DNA of 15,377 nt from a virus (IMGVR_UViG_2713896899_000015); one strand, 5' to 3'. Shown: positions 1 through 8,201, counted from the first letter of the stretch. Notes: generated by a model not told the origin, from the letters alone. Numbers and translations are program-made.

Positions 1-174
1 TGTCAGTTATCATCTTCGGTTACGGTTATCGGCAGAAGGCTCTGCCGCTGACAAGAGCTTATTTGCCTGACCAATCTACTTCACATGATAGATAACTATC
101 ATTTATAGCATTTGGCTTATTAACCTTTATTTTTCATTGCGTTACAAACAATAAGTTCGTCAAAAACAGTAAAA

Positions 175-230
175 TTAACTACACCATTAACTACACCGTT
201 CCACGAACAATATCGAACAACCACGAACAA
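175..230. repeat. Direct-repeat array: 2 x 12 bp tandem (ttaactacacc) then 3 x 10-bp phased units ccacgaacaa / tatcgaacaa / ccacgaacaa
   Basis: Read directly at 175-198 and 201-230. The 10-bp unit array recurs at 8402-8431 in the same orientation. One-helical-turn phasing suggests a protein-binding platform. Confidence 0.75.
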
Positions 231-303
231 AGATCAACACGCTTTAATCGTTATCGTTTTCCGGCTATCCGTTATCAAGCTGGTTGATGTGGTGCCATGT
301 TTC

Positions 304-326
304 CCACCAATGGTGGAAAAGCCCAC
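304..326. repeat. 23-bp element ccaccaatggtggaaaagcccac (copy 1), contains inverted repeat CCACC-aat-GGTGG
   Basis: Exact 23/23 match to 1413-1435. Confidence 0.8.
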
Positions 327-455
327 CAGCGCAACGCATTTTTTTAATTTCGCGGGTATAAAAATTTGACGGGGCGGATAGTTCCATAAGTAATGGATTG
401 CAGGAATTTCGATCCCCCTCCTGAATGCAATTTTTCGTATATATATACAAAACAG

Positions 456-612
456 TGCGGGTTATGCGGGTTAGCGGGTTATCTTCGCGTGCTAAGTATT
501 TTTTATACTTTAATATCAATACGTTAAAAAATTACGCGTTTAAATATTAGCCAAAACGTAACCCGCAAGACATTCAAAATAACCCGCAAACACCCCCCAA
601 ATAACCCGCAAA
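456..612. repeat. Iteron cluster A (GCGGGTTAT-type), inverted copy of the origin-type cluster; candidate second ori or P4 crr-like site
   Basis: Three contiguous forward iterons tgcgggttat/gcgggtta/gcgggttat at 456-482, an AT-rich core at 483-558, then three reverse iterons taacccgca at 559-567, 579-588 and 601-610 spaced about 21 bp apart. Mirror image of cluster 9771-9919. Confidence 0.6.
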
Positions 613-1030
613 CGCATCAAGAAAGTGGGTCCAGTGATGCCATCGAACGGCTGAATCGGGTAACGTTCTGTTGCCGGGTTGTTGTTTGCGGGTCAGCAAT
701 ACTGACGCGCAAAGTTAGCCGTACGTGGCGCTGCGTCCACCAGCTACGCCGGAATGGGGTATTCCGTTTCAATGGAACAGGTATGACAAACATGATCGCA
801 CCTTCTCCCGAAAACGGGTTTTCCTGTTTCGGGAAAATGGACACATAAGCGGCGCGGCGATTTTCACCATTCAGAATCTGGAGGGTGAGTTTTCCAGTTT
901 TCCCCAATGGGGGATTCTGGAACAATCAACAGGTTACTCCTTACCAGCAAAAAAGCACATCAACTGTAACGGAAATCGTTATGGTTGCTGGTGGGCCAAA
1001 TCATCATTACGGTGATACAGCCATGTAGAC

Positions 1031-1193
1031 GTTCCGGTCTCCTCAAATTGAGTTTCTCGAAAATATCAGCGGGTTAGCGATTAAGCTGGCGAGTAATTAA
1101 ACTGCGAAAATTTCGTAGTTTGTGACTATCTGAAAGATAGTCGGTTGTTCCGGTCTCAGCCGTTGGCTGTTTCCGAAAATATCAGCAGGTTAG
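1031..1193. repeat. Two imperfect ~47-bp direct repeats (1031-1077 and 1147-1193) flanking a perfect palindrome gactatct-gaa-agatagtc (1124-1142)
   Basis: Both units start gttccggtctc and end tttc(t/c)cgaaaatatcagc(g/a)ggttag. The palindrome has 8-bp arms and a 3-nt loop. No coding potential. Confidence 0.7.
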
Positions 1194-1280
1194 GCCAAAG
1201 CCCGAAAAAGTGCTTTGTAAAAACTGAATACCGTAACTTAAACTTACGGTAATCGTTCTGCCTCGGTGCTCGTCTCTTCC

Positions 1281-1435
1281 GTGGTCATTTCGACCATGCA
1301 CCACACGAAAAGGGGGAGTGTTTATCACCTCCCCTTCGTGGTGATTTCCACCATGCAGCCATCGCACCGCCACGCAAAAGGGATTTACCACTACCAGCTA
1401 TATCCCTCAAATCCACCAATGGTGGAAAAGCCCAC
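1281..1435. repeat. Composite repeat region: direct repeats gtggtcatttcgaccatgca (1281-1300) and gtggtgatttccaccatgca (1338-1357) flanking an imperfect ~15-bp-arm palindrome (1302-1342), plus copy 2 of the 23-bp element (1413-1435)
   Basis: Read directly. Repeated GGTG/CACC half-sites throughout. Candidate cis site (packaging cos, or regulator binding). Confidence 0.65.
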
Positions 1436-1543
1436 AGCACGGCCGCATAAAACCATTACGATGACTCAGGACGCAAAACCACGTTTACGTTGTTTTGCAC
1501 TGAACCAGAATGCTGCTCGTCTTTGTCTCGATGTCCGTACGTA

Positions 1544-1837
1544 TTACGTACGCAGCCGCTCCGGTTTTTTCCACTGGTAAGTCTTTTTCTCGCTCTCCCG
1601 ATACATCTCCACGCGGCGACGATATGACAACAACTCCAGAACTCTGATCCGTATGTCGCGCATATCCACGCCGTTAATCTCGATACCGTCACGGCGCATC
1701 ACCTCAGCCACCACACGCGCGTAATTTTCGGCTATCACGCTGTCCGGCTGCGTGGCCTCCTGTTTGTCTGCTGTCTGGCTGGCTCCGGTAACACGGCGGA
1801 TTATTTTTAGTAGTTCGGTTTCGCTCATTCTCGTCAT
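1544..1837 (-). CDS. Hypothetical protein (97 aa) translationally coupled to the end of terL
   Basis: ATG at 1835-1837 overlaps the terL stop (ATGA). Last gene of the packaging operon. No recognisable motif. Stop codon sits in the centre of palindrome cgtacgta-t-tacgtacg (1536-1552). Confidence 0.5.
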   Translation of the reverse strand: MTRMSETELLKIIRRVTGASQTADKQEATQPDSVIAENYARVVAEVMRRDGIEINGVDMRDIRIRVLELLSYRRRVEMYRESEKKTYQWKKPERLRT

Positions 1838-3495
1838 ACCCCATCAAACGCCGCAAGCCGCTCTTTGTGGCTGTCGCTCATATCGAATGCAAAGTCCTCG
1901 TGCTCTGCCTGGAATGTGCCAAACGCCATCAGCGCCGCAACGCTCGGGTCTATCTTGTTGGATGATTTTTTCTTGTTCGGCTTGATATTGGCGTTCGCGT
2001 CACTCTGCATCACAACATTACTCATTGACCAGGCCAGCACCGGATCACCACGATGAACAATCACCTTCCGGTTAACAAAAACTTCGAACGATTTCGCCGC
2101 CGGACTGAAACGAAGGTATGTTTGCGGGAACGGCTCCACCTCAAATCCTGCCCCCTGTAGCTGCGTTCTCAGGTGCGTGGCGTTCCATGTATCGAAACCC
2201 ACCAGCCTGATATTGAAATTCTCTGCATCCGCCATGATGTCATCACGGATACGGTCATAATCAATGCAGTCACCCGGTGTTGTGCGTATCCAGCCCGCCT
2301 TTGCCCACTGGCGATAGATGGCGCGGTTTTTATTGGCAGGGTTCTGTAGCTGAAATTCCGGCAGATAGTGACGGGAAACCAGCATAATCTTTTTACCGAC
2401 CGGAAAGGCATAGCACACGCTGGAAATATCGCTGGTTGATGATAAGTCCAGCCCCGCGTAGCACTCCTGCCCGTATAAATCCGCCTCCGCGAACGTTCCG
2501 GCGCACTCCGCCCATGCACCGTTACCCATCCACGGCGTAGCCCCCTGACACCAGATATTGAATCGCTTGGTGAGCATTTCCACCCACTGCGACGGAATAC
2601 CCCGCGCTTTCTGGATGGTTGAGGCCAGTTTTTCACGATCGACGGAAACATCGATATTGGGATTCGCCTTTATCCACATCGCCGGATCGTCAACCTCGCT
2701 TTCATCATCCAGCTCGTAAATCAGCACGAACATGGATTCGTTCACCTCTTCACCATCCAGTATCTGGCAGCAATAGTCGTAGTGTTGTTTACAGGCTGAA
2801 ACAACGTTGCTCCCCGATGTGGTGATGGCAAATAACAGCCCCTCCGGGCGCGCCCCCATTCCCAGCTCAAGCGCGGAATAAACCCCGTTGTCAGGATGCA
2901 GGTGATATTCATCCACAATGGCGAGACTCGGGTTTGTCCCCTCAATGGTTGCCGCTTTTGCTGCCAGTGGCTTTAACAGGCTGTTGGTTTTCGGGTGTAT
3001 CACCTTGTGCGCCTGAATATTTACCCGCTTTCGTAACGGTCGGGATAAAAGGCACATCTGACGCGCATCATCAAACACGATCCGCGCCTGATCACGACTC
3101 ACGGCGGCGGTGTAAATATCCTGCTGCCCGTTTTCCATAACCAGAAACCAGTTAGCCAGGATAGCGGCGACCGTGGATTTGGCATTTTTTCGCGGTACTT
3201 CAATGAATGCGCTGGTGTATTTGCGCCGTCCGGTGGCCTTAACCTTAAAGCCCAGGATGCACGCAAAGGCGAACTGCTGCCACGGCTCCAGTTCAATGGG
3301 GCTACCGCGCATTGCACCTTTTACGTGCGGGCACACCCTGGAAAAGGCAATAAACCGCTCCACGACCTCCGGATCGAACGTGTAAAGGGGGTTTTCAAGG
3401 TCAGAAAAATACCGTTTAACGGCCTGTTTCAGTCGTTTACAGGCCGTAATTTTGCCGTTTTTTACGCCTTCTGCGTACTCATGCCAGGCGGTCAA
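1834..3495 (-). CDS. terL: Terminase large subunit (Terminase_1-type ATPase/nuclease), 553 aa
   Basis: Size and N-terminal ATPase region with P-loop-like KNAKST and a DEYH Walker-B-like motif. Follows terS with a 17-nt overlap. Apparent TTG start at 3493-3495 preceded by AGAGGA (Shine-Dalgarno). Confidence 0.88.
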   Translation of the reverse strand: MTAWHEYAEGVKNGKITACKRLKQAVKRYFSDLENPLYTFDPEVVERFIAFSRVCPHVKGAMRGSPIELEPWQQFAFACILGFKVKATGRRKYTSAFIEVPRKNAKSTVAAILANWFLVMENGQQDIYTAAVSRDQARIVFDDARQMCLLSRPLRKRVNIQAHKVIHPKTNSLLKPLAAKAATIEGTNPSLAIVDEYHLHPDNGVYSALELGMGARPEGLLFAITTSGSNVVSACKQHYDYCCQILDGEEVNESMFVLIYELDDESEVDDPAMWIKANPNIDVSVDREKLASTIQKARGIPSQWVEMLTKRFNIWCQGATPWMGNGAWAECAGTFAEADLYGQECYAGLDLSSTSDISSVCYAFPVGKKIMLVSRHYLPEFQLQNPANKNRAIYRQWAKAGWIRTTPGDCIDYDRIRDDIMADAENFNIRLVGFDTWNATHLRTQLQGAGFEVEPFPQTYLRFSPAAKSFEVFVNRKVIVHRGDPVLAWSMSNVVMQSDANANIKPNKKKSSNKIDPSVAALMAFGTFQAEHEDFAFDMSDSHKERLAAFDGV

Positions 3496-3835
3496 GCTCG
3501 TCCTCTTCCTCTGTTTCCGGTGGATTTCTGCGTCGGCTTACCGGGTCAAAACCCAGCAAAGAAGCCATTTTGATCATTATTCTTTCTGCGTCAGCCTTTG
3601 CGCTCAGGGCGGGGTTTCTGCTCTCGCTGCCCTGACTGTTAACAATGCTGAAGCCGCGCGTCGCAAGGTCTTCGACGGCTTTGCGGTATATGGAGTAGTT
3701 AACGCAATACAGTTCCAGATTGCTCCAGTCGGCGGGGGTAAGGTCTTCCCGCCCGGAAAGCTGGCGCGATTTTTCCTTCCACTGCCTGACCGCGATTTCA
3801 TCCAGGTAAGCGGGGGCTTTTGGTGGTCTTGCCAT
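3479..3835 (-). CDS. terS: Terminase small subunit, P27 family (118 aa from MARPPKAP...)
   Basis: N-terminus MARPPKAPAYL, internal LELYC..Y, and C-terminal NP....A.....K...LGFDP.SR then acidic tail, as in phage P27-family TerS. The ORF-track 5' extension to 3976 is judged non-coding. ATG at 3833-3835. Confidence 0.8.
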   Translation of the reverse strand: MARPPKAPAYLDEIAVRQWKEKSRQLSGREDLTPADWSNLELYCVNYSIYRKAVEDLATRGFSIVNSQGSESRNPALSAKADAERIMIKMASLLGFDPVSRRRNPPETEEEDELDRLA

Positions 3836-3954
3836 GTTCTTTTTTCGCCCAATTATTTTCAAAAAAATTCCCGTGCACAAAAATTTGAGGAGGCGGTCGG
3901 TGTCCGGCAGGGGCGGTTTCGTCCTGAAAACCTCCCCCACCCCCTCTGACGGCC

Positions 3955-4140
3955 TCACCAGCGATTGCGAAAACATTCCATGACCTCGCGGTCACGGTCG
4001 GTTAATCGCTTCGCTGTGGTGCGTTCTGTGCGCTCTGTCCTGTTGGCTTTGTGCCCTGTCTCCTGTGTCTTCCATAAGTCACGCTGCCTTATCAGTCCAC
4101 GTATCAGCCTGTTTTGCTCCTGTTCAGTCATCATCGCCAT
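3955..4140 (-). CDS. Possible small basic protein (61 aa) between HNH and terS; uncertain
   Basis: ATG at 4138-4140 overlaps the last 15 nt of the HNH gene in another frame. Weak Shine-Dalgarno, Arg/Thr/Glu-rich. Could instead be non-coding (this region is a cos-site candidate). Confidence 0.3.
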   Translation of the reverse strand: MAMMTEQEQNRLIRGLIRQRDLWKTQETGHKANRTERTERTTAKRLTDRDREVMECFRNRW

Positions 4141-4564
4141 ACATCCAGTCGTTACGATGTGCCGCCCGTTCTTCCTGCTCGCGATACATGCCCGCCTTAC
4201 GGTTCGCTTTCGTGGCTGGATCTTCCCGTGTCGTCTTACGGTTGTGGCACGTCTGGCACAATGCCTGGTGGTTCCACTCAGGCCAGAAGAGAACATCACC
4301 GCCGCCATTGATGGGAATGATGTGATCCACCACAAGAGCTGGCGTATAAATACCCTTAGCCAGACAACGCACGCATAACGGATTTTTTTTCAGGTACATG
4401 GCGCGGTATTTGTCCCACAGTCGGGAATACCCACGTGCGCGGCGGTGTCCCCGTCTGGCATCCTCTGCACGCCATGCAGCCCGCCTGTGCTCTTCACACT
4501 TGCCGGACTTCACGCGCTTATTACAGCCCGGCTCAGTGCATCGCCTTAATGGTTGCCATGGCAT
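4124..4564 (-). CDS. HNH endonuclease (terminase-associated), 146 aa
   Basis: Cys-rich N-terminus (C..C..C), then VDHIIP...WNHQALCQTCHNRKT, an HNH motif. Sits immediately upstream of terS-terL as in HNH-dependent cos packaging modules. TGATG coupling to the upstream gene. Confidence 0.9.
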   Translation of the reverse strand: MPWQPLRRCTEPGCNKRVKSGKCEEHRRAAWRAEDARRGHRRARGYSRLWDKYRAMYLKKNPLCVRCLAKGIYTPALVVDHIIPINGGGDVLFWPEWNHQALCQTCHNRKTTREDPATKANRKAGMYREQEERAAHRNDWMYGDDD

Positions 4565-4860
4565 CAGTACACCCCCACATCACGATAAACCGACCAGAGC
4601 GCGGAAATCGTCAGGGGAATTTCTTTTGTATCGGTATCGCCAAGCGTTGTCCGGTACTCGTACAGTTGCGAGATGTACATCAGGCAACCAATTTTTATTG
4701 CAGGGGTAAATTCCAGGCCGTCATCAAAACGCCTGCCAATATGCTTCTGGCATACCTCCAGCGCCGCGCTTATGTATGCCTGAATCAGTGTGTCTTCTGT
4801 GTTACCATCTATGCGGCAGTGAAGTTTGGCCTCTTCCAGGGTTATTTTTTCTGCTGTCAT
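4564..4860 (-). CDS. Head-tail connector protein, gp6-like (98 aa)
   Basis: N-terminus ITLEEAKLHCRIDGNTEDTLIQAYISAALEVCQ is characteristic of the gp6-like connector family. ATGA overlap with the upstream gene. Confidence 0.7.
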   Translation of the reverse strand: MTAEKITLEEAKLHCRIDGNTEDTLIQAYISAALEVCQKHIGRRFDDGLEFTPAIKIGCLMYISQLYEYRTTLGDTDTKEIPLTISALWSVYRDVGVY

Positions 4861-5195
4861 TTTTCTGTACCCACCTTTGCCAGAATTTCCAGCCGGGTTC
4901 TTTTCGCATCAGGTAAGGGGATCCCGATGATATTAAGCGTGCTCCCGGCAAAAGCGCCGGTAAGCACTTTCAGGCGACTGGCGGCGGATATGTCGCCACG
5001 ATAGCGAACCCATACCCGAATCGTTGCAGGTGCGGTTTCTGCGCCTGCGGTCAGTAATTCCCGTCCGCTGATCCCCTTGACCTCTGCCCAGATGGTTTCC
5101 CCTTCCGTCCATATCTGCTGGATCGCACCTGACGGCAGGCGCTGTGTGGTAAATGTCATAATCGTCACCCGGTCCCGCATATTTCCGGCTATCAT
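4857..5195 (-). CDS. Head-closure / head-tail adaptor protein (Phage_H_T_join-like), 112 aa
   Basis: Pattern RDRVTI...IWAEVKGISGRE...IRVWVRYRGDI...LNIIGI matches the head-closure family. ATGA overlap with the portal stop. Confidence 0.7.
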   Translation of the reverse strand: MIAGNMRDRVTIMTFTTQRLPSGAIQQIWTEGETIWAEVKGISGRELLTAGAETAPATIRVWVRYRGDISAASRLKVLTGAFAGSTLNIIGIPLPDAKRTRLEILAKVGTEK

Positions 5196-6415
5196 TCGTC
5201 ACCGCCCTTACTGTTCTTGCTGATTGTCACTTCCTGCTTCCATGCCTGGCTGAACTCGTCGCCACCTTCACGCGGCGGCATTCCCTCACGCTCACGGGCT
5301 TCGTTCGGATTCATGATCCCGTTCTTAATTCCTTTCTCATACGTGGCGTAACGTTCGGTAGGTGTGGCGCGCAGTAAATCGGCTGAATCAAACTCAACCA
5401 GATAACGGGTACCAGGTACGGGAGAAGCCACCAGCAAAGCAGCCTTGATTTGCTGTTCGAAGTTCGCCAGCCATGGGCGCATTGTCATGGTCAGAAACGC
5501 GCGGCTTGCCTCGCTGAAATTGCTGTAGGTGCTATTGCTGTATTCCTGCAGAAAAATAGGCGATACGTTGAACATCCGGGCGATGTCTTCAATGGAGAAG
5601 CGACGGGAGGCCAGCCATTCCGCATCCTGGTTACTCATTCCCAGTTGCTTGTAATCCATGCCCCCTTCAAGGATTGGCGTTTTTCCGGCATTTTTCGCCC
5701 CCTTGTAGCGTTCCAGAGCATCCAATGCCTGTTTACCTTTCACGCCGTCCAGCCATTCGCCTGACGTGATAATCCCTGCCGCCATCATGCCATCTTTCAT
5801 AATGCTGGCTCCGTGGCGCTGTTGAGCAAGGCCAAGCCCAAGTGCCTCACGGCAAATCGTGACAGGGGAGCGCCCCAGAAAGCCATCATCCGAGGCATAG
5901 CGGAGATGCAGAACTTCTTCCTGTAAATACGTGCGCACCGTTCCTGTATAGGGTTCGGTGATGGTATAGCGGTATTTGTGTGCGCCTGTGCGTTCCGGTA
6001 CAACACAACCCGGTGCATAAGGATGAAGTGATTTGGGCTGCCCGTCCCGCCCCCACTCAATAACCGCATAGGCGTTACCGTTCAGCAGGCAGTGACGCAT
6101 CATTGTGCGTTTAAACTGGTAAGGTGTCTGGCACGAATTAGGCTGCTCATTCAGCAGAATATCTACCGGATGACTGTCCAGCCATTCCCGCGCCTCCCTG
6201 CCCTTGTCATTACGTACCAGATACAGATAACAAGGCATCGTGGCCACCGCCTCAGCGATGACAGAAACCGCGTTCATCACTGCAGGCAATGATTCAGCCG
6301 TTCCGGCAGAAACATATTCTCCGGATCCGGTATTCGGTACACCGGACAGCGCCAGAAAATCATCAATGGACAGGTTACGCAGATCGCTTTTTTTACGACT
6401 AAAAGGCCACCACAT
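5192..6415 (-). CDS. Portal protein, HK97 family (407 aa from MWWPF...)
   Basis: Length and composition typical of HK97-type portals. ATG at 6413-6415 lies 1 nt after the protease stop. The ORF-track extension to 6505 uses a TTG and overlaps the protease gene, so is judged unlikely. Confidence 0.85.
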   Translation of the reverse strand: MWWPFSRKKSDLRNLSIDDFLALSGVPNTGSGEYVSAGTAESLPAVMNAVSVIAEAVATMPCYLYLVRNDKGREAREWLDSHPVDILLNEQPNSCQTPYQFKRTMMRHCLLNGNAYAVIEWGRDGQPKSLHPYAPGCVVPERTGAHKYRYTITEPYTGTVRTYLQEEVLHLRYASDDGFLGRSPVTICREALGLGLAQQRHGASIMKDGMMAAGIITSGEWLDGVKGKQALDALERYKGAKNAGKTPILEGGMDYKQLGMSNQDAEWLASRRFSIEDIARMFNVSPIFLQEYSNSTYSNFSEASRAFLTMTMRPWLANFEQQIKAALLVASPVPGTRYLVEFDSADLLRATPTERYATYEKGIKNGIMNPNEAREREGMPPREGGDEFSQAWKQEVTISKNSKGGDE

Positions 6416-6416
6416 A

Positions 6417-6977
6417 TCACAACCCCGCCAGTTCAGCCCAGCGATGACGATTATTTCCTGCCGGGCGTAATTCAGGGTGCTGTGCAAACAACGAACGGTG
6501 GGCAATCTCCACGCCGGATTCGGGATAAGCAGGCATCGACGTTATCGTGATTTCACGGAGTTCTGCGGCAGTTACGGTACGCAGATACGGTTTTTGCGCG
6601 ATACTCCACTCCTCGCATAATGCGCGAAAACCAAAGCTCATTCCTGTAATGTCGCCACGCTCCACCAGCGTAAGCACATCTTTTCCAAGCTGGGTATCCG
6701 GCGGTGTCAGCTCAAAACGTAACCCGGTGTTATCCTCAGTCAGTACCAGAGTGCCGGATTTGGTGCGCCCCAGCAGTTGGGTATAGTCATGCTCATACAG
6801 GCAGCGCACATCATTACCCGCCGCCAGATAGTCAGCAAAAGCCCCCGGCGTGAACTGTTCGCGGAATTCGTCCCAGATAATTTCTGAAAGGCTGTTCCAG
6901 CGAACGGCATAACCCACCAGTTTTTTATCGCTGGCGGTCAGTTCAGATGTGCGGATTTCAAAATCGGTGTTTTTCAT
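6417..6977 (-). CDS. Prohead protease, HK97 family (186 aa)
   Basis: Motifs GYAVRWNS...GxxxxLxEDxxGL...GMSFGF are characteristic of HK97-family prohead maturation proteases. GGAG Shine-Dalgarno 8 nt upstream of the ATG. Confidence 0.85.
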   Translation of the reverse strand: MKNTDFEIRTSELTASDKKLVGYAVRWNSLSEIIWDEFREQFTPGAFADYLAAGNDVRCLYEHDYTQLLGRTKSGTLVLTEDNTGLRFELTPPDTQLGKDVLTLVERGDITGMSFGFRALCEEWSIAQKPYLRTVTAAELREITITSMPAYPESGVEIAHRSLFAQHPELRPAGNNRHRWAELAGL

Positions 6978-6997
6978 CGGTGTACTCCATAAAGCTG

Positions 6998-7019
6998 AAA
7001 AAGGAGGCCGCAGCCTCCT
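6998..7019 (-). terminator. Intrinsic terminator-like hairpin (partial terminator / mRNA stabiliser) just after the capsid gene
   Basis: On the minus strand: AGGAGGC-tgcg-GCCTCCT followed by TTTT. 7-bp stem, 4-nt loop, U-tract. Lies between the capsid stop (7032) and the protease start (6977). Confidence 0.35.
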
Positions 7020-7031
7020 CCTTACTCATGA

Positions 7032-8201
7032 CTAGCCAGCTTTCATTTCCAGAATTTTGATGGCGTTTGAATCCACCACACCACCGCCCAGATATTTATC
7101 CGTGTGGACCTTGTAGAATCCGGGTTCAGTAATGTTGTCCGGTCGGGTGCGAATCCCTGTTACATGATCAACGATGAAATAACCACGACTGAAATCGCCA
7201 ACCGCTAGCGGTGCTTTTCCTGCGCCGATGTCCGGCATGGACTCCAGGCAGTAAACAGGACGACCAAGCAACATATCCGGCGCACCTTCTTTAAGGCTGT
7301 CGCGCCAGATATAATCGCCGTTCTCATTTTTCAGCTTCTGTAGTGTCCCTGCCGTGCCCGAGTTCATCACCCAGACGGCATTTTTGCGGTATTTCGCTTT
7401 CAGCTTGTAGAGAATGTCGATCAGTTCGTCCGCTGTAATGGCGGTTCCACTTGCCGCTACCATTTTTTCAATGGTGCCAAAAGCGCGGGTTTTGTCACTG
7501 GTCGCCGCACGGGTGTAAGCCATGAATCCTTTCGGCTTGCCGTTACCGTCGCCATTAACAAAATCATCCTCTTCGGTGCTGGCGAACGTGTCGGCAATTT
7601 CGGAGGATAACCAGCCCAGAATATCCACCTCTGAAAAATCCAAGATTTCCTGCGTGGTTTTCGGGTAGGCGTAGATCGGATTCAGCTTGATGGTTACGCG
7701 TTCAATTTTCGGGGTGTTGGTTTCGCTGCGCGCGCTGCCTTCTGTGCCTCTTCCTACAGTTGCGCCGCCAGTGGAAACCAGTTTCTGAAACTCATTTGAT
7801 TTTGCGGTCTTCACGGTCGCGATCACGCGCATAACACTGTCATCCTGTAGCTGGCGCATGACTTCGCGATCAAGCTCAGGAATTACGGTATATCCGCCAT
7901 CCCTGCCGCTGTCAGTGCTGGTGGACAGTGATCGCACATCTCCGGTTACGATATAGTTACGCAATTCATCAGATGATAATTTCTGGATGCCCGTTCCTGG
8001 CTTGCTGCGTTCTTCATCAGCCACAGACTCGAGGCGGGAAATTTCTGTGTCGAGGGAATCGGCTTTTGCACGCAGTTCATCAAACTGTTTGCCCTCGTCA
8101 TCGTTCAGGCTGCGGTTTTCACTGTCGGCTTTTTCCAGCAGGGATCGCATCTGGTTTTTCAGGGCGGTTTTTTGCTGGCGGAGTTCGATTAATTTCTTCA
8201 T
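7032..8201 (-). CDS. Major capsid protein, HK97 fold, with N-terminal coiled-coil delta (scaffold) domain (389 aa)
   Basis: N-terminal ~100 aa is charged and heptad-like (delta domain). C-terminal region GTAGTLQKL...LLGRPV...GDFSRGYFIVD is typical of HK97-family capsid proteins. No separate scaffold gene. Confidence 0.9.
   Translation of the reverse strand: MKKLIELRQQKTALKNQMRSLLEKADSENRSLNDDEGKQFDELRAKADSLDTEISRLESVADEERSKPGTGIQKLSSDELRNYIVTGDVRSLSTSTDSGRDGGYTVIPELDREVMRQLQDDSVMRVIATVKTAKSNEFQKLVSTGGATVGRGTEGSARSETNTPKIERVTIKLNPIYAYPKTTQEILDFSEVDILGWLSSEIADTFASTEEDDFVNGDGNGKPKGFMAYTRAATSDKTRAFGTIEKMVAASGTAITADELIDILYKLKAKYRKNAVWVMNSGTAGTLQKLKNENGDYIWRDSLKEGAPDMLLGRPVYCLESMPDIGAGKAPLAVGDFSRGYFIVDHVTGIRTRPDNITEPGFYKVHTDKYLGGGVVDSNAIKILEMKAG

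Noticed and set aside
30-47. Hairpin cggcaga-aggc-tctgccg near the left edge as a terminator
   Set aside because: No U-tract on either strand, so function is unassigned.
265-1580. ORFs of 84-104 aa in the left region (265-519 -, 617-925 -, 725-1015 +, 1266-1580 +)
   Set aside because: They lie over iterons and palindromes, have no convincing ribosome-binding sites, and their translations simply mirror the DNA repeats (e.g. repeated VVISTM, HHWWE). The region is treated as noncoding.
3836-3976. N-terminal extension of terS to 165 aa
   Set aside because: The conserved P27-family N-terminus begins at MARPPKAP (ATG 3835). The upstream extension has no family-like sequence.
6416-6505. N-terminal extension of the portal ORF (437 aa)
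   Set aside because: It starts at a TTG and overlaps the protease gene by 89 nt. The ATG at 6415 sits 1 nt after the protease stop.
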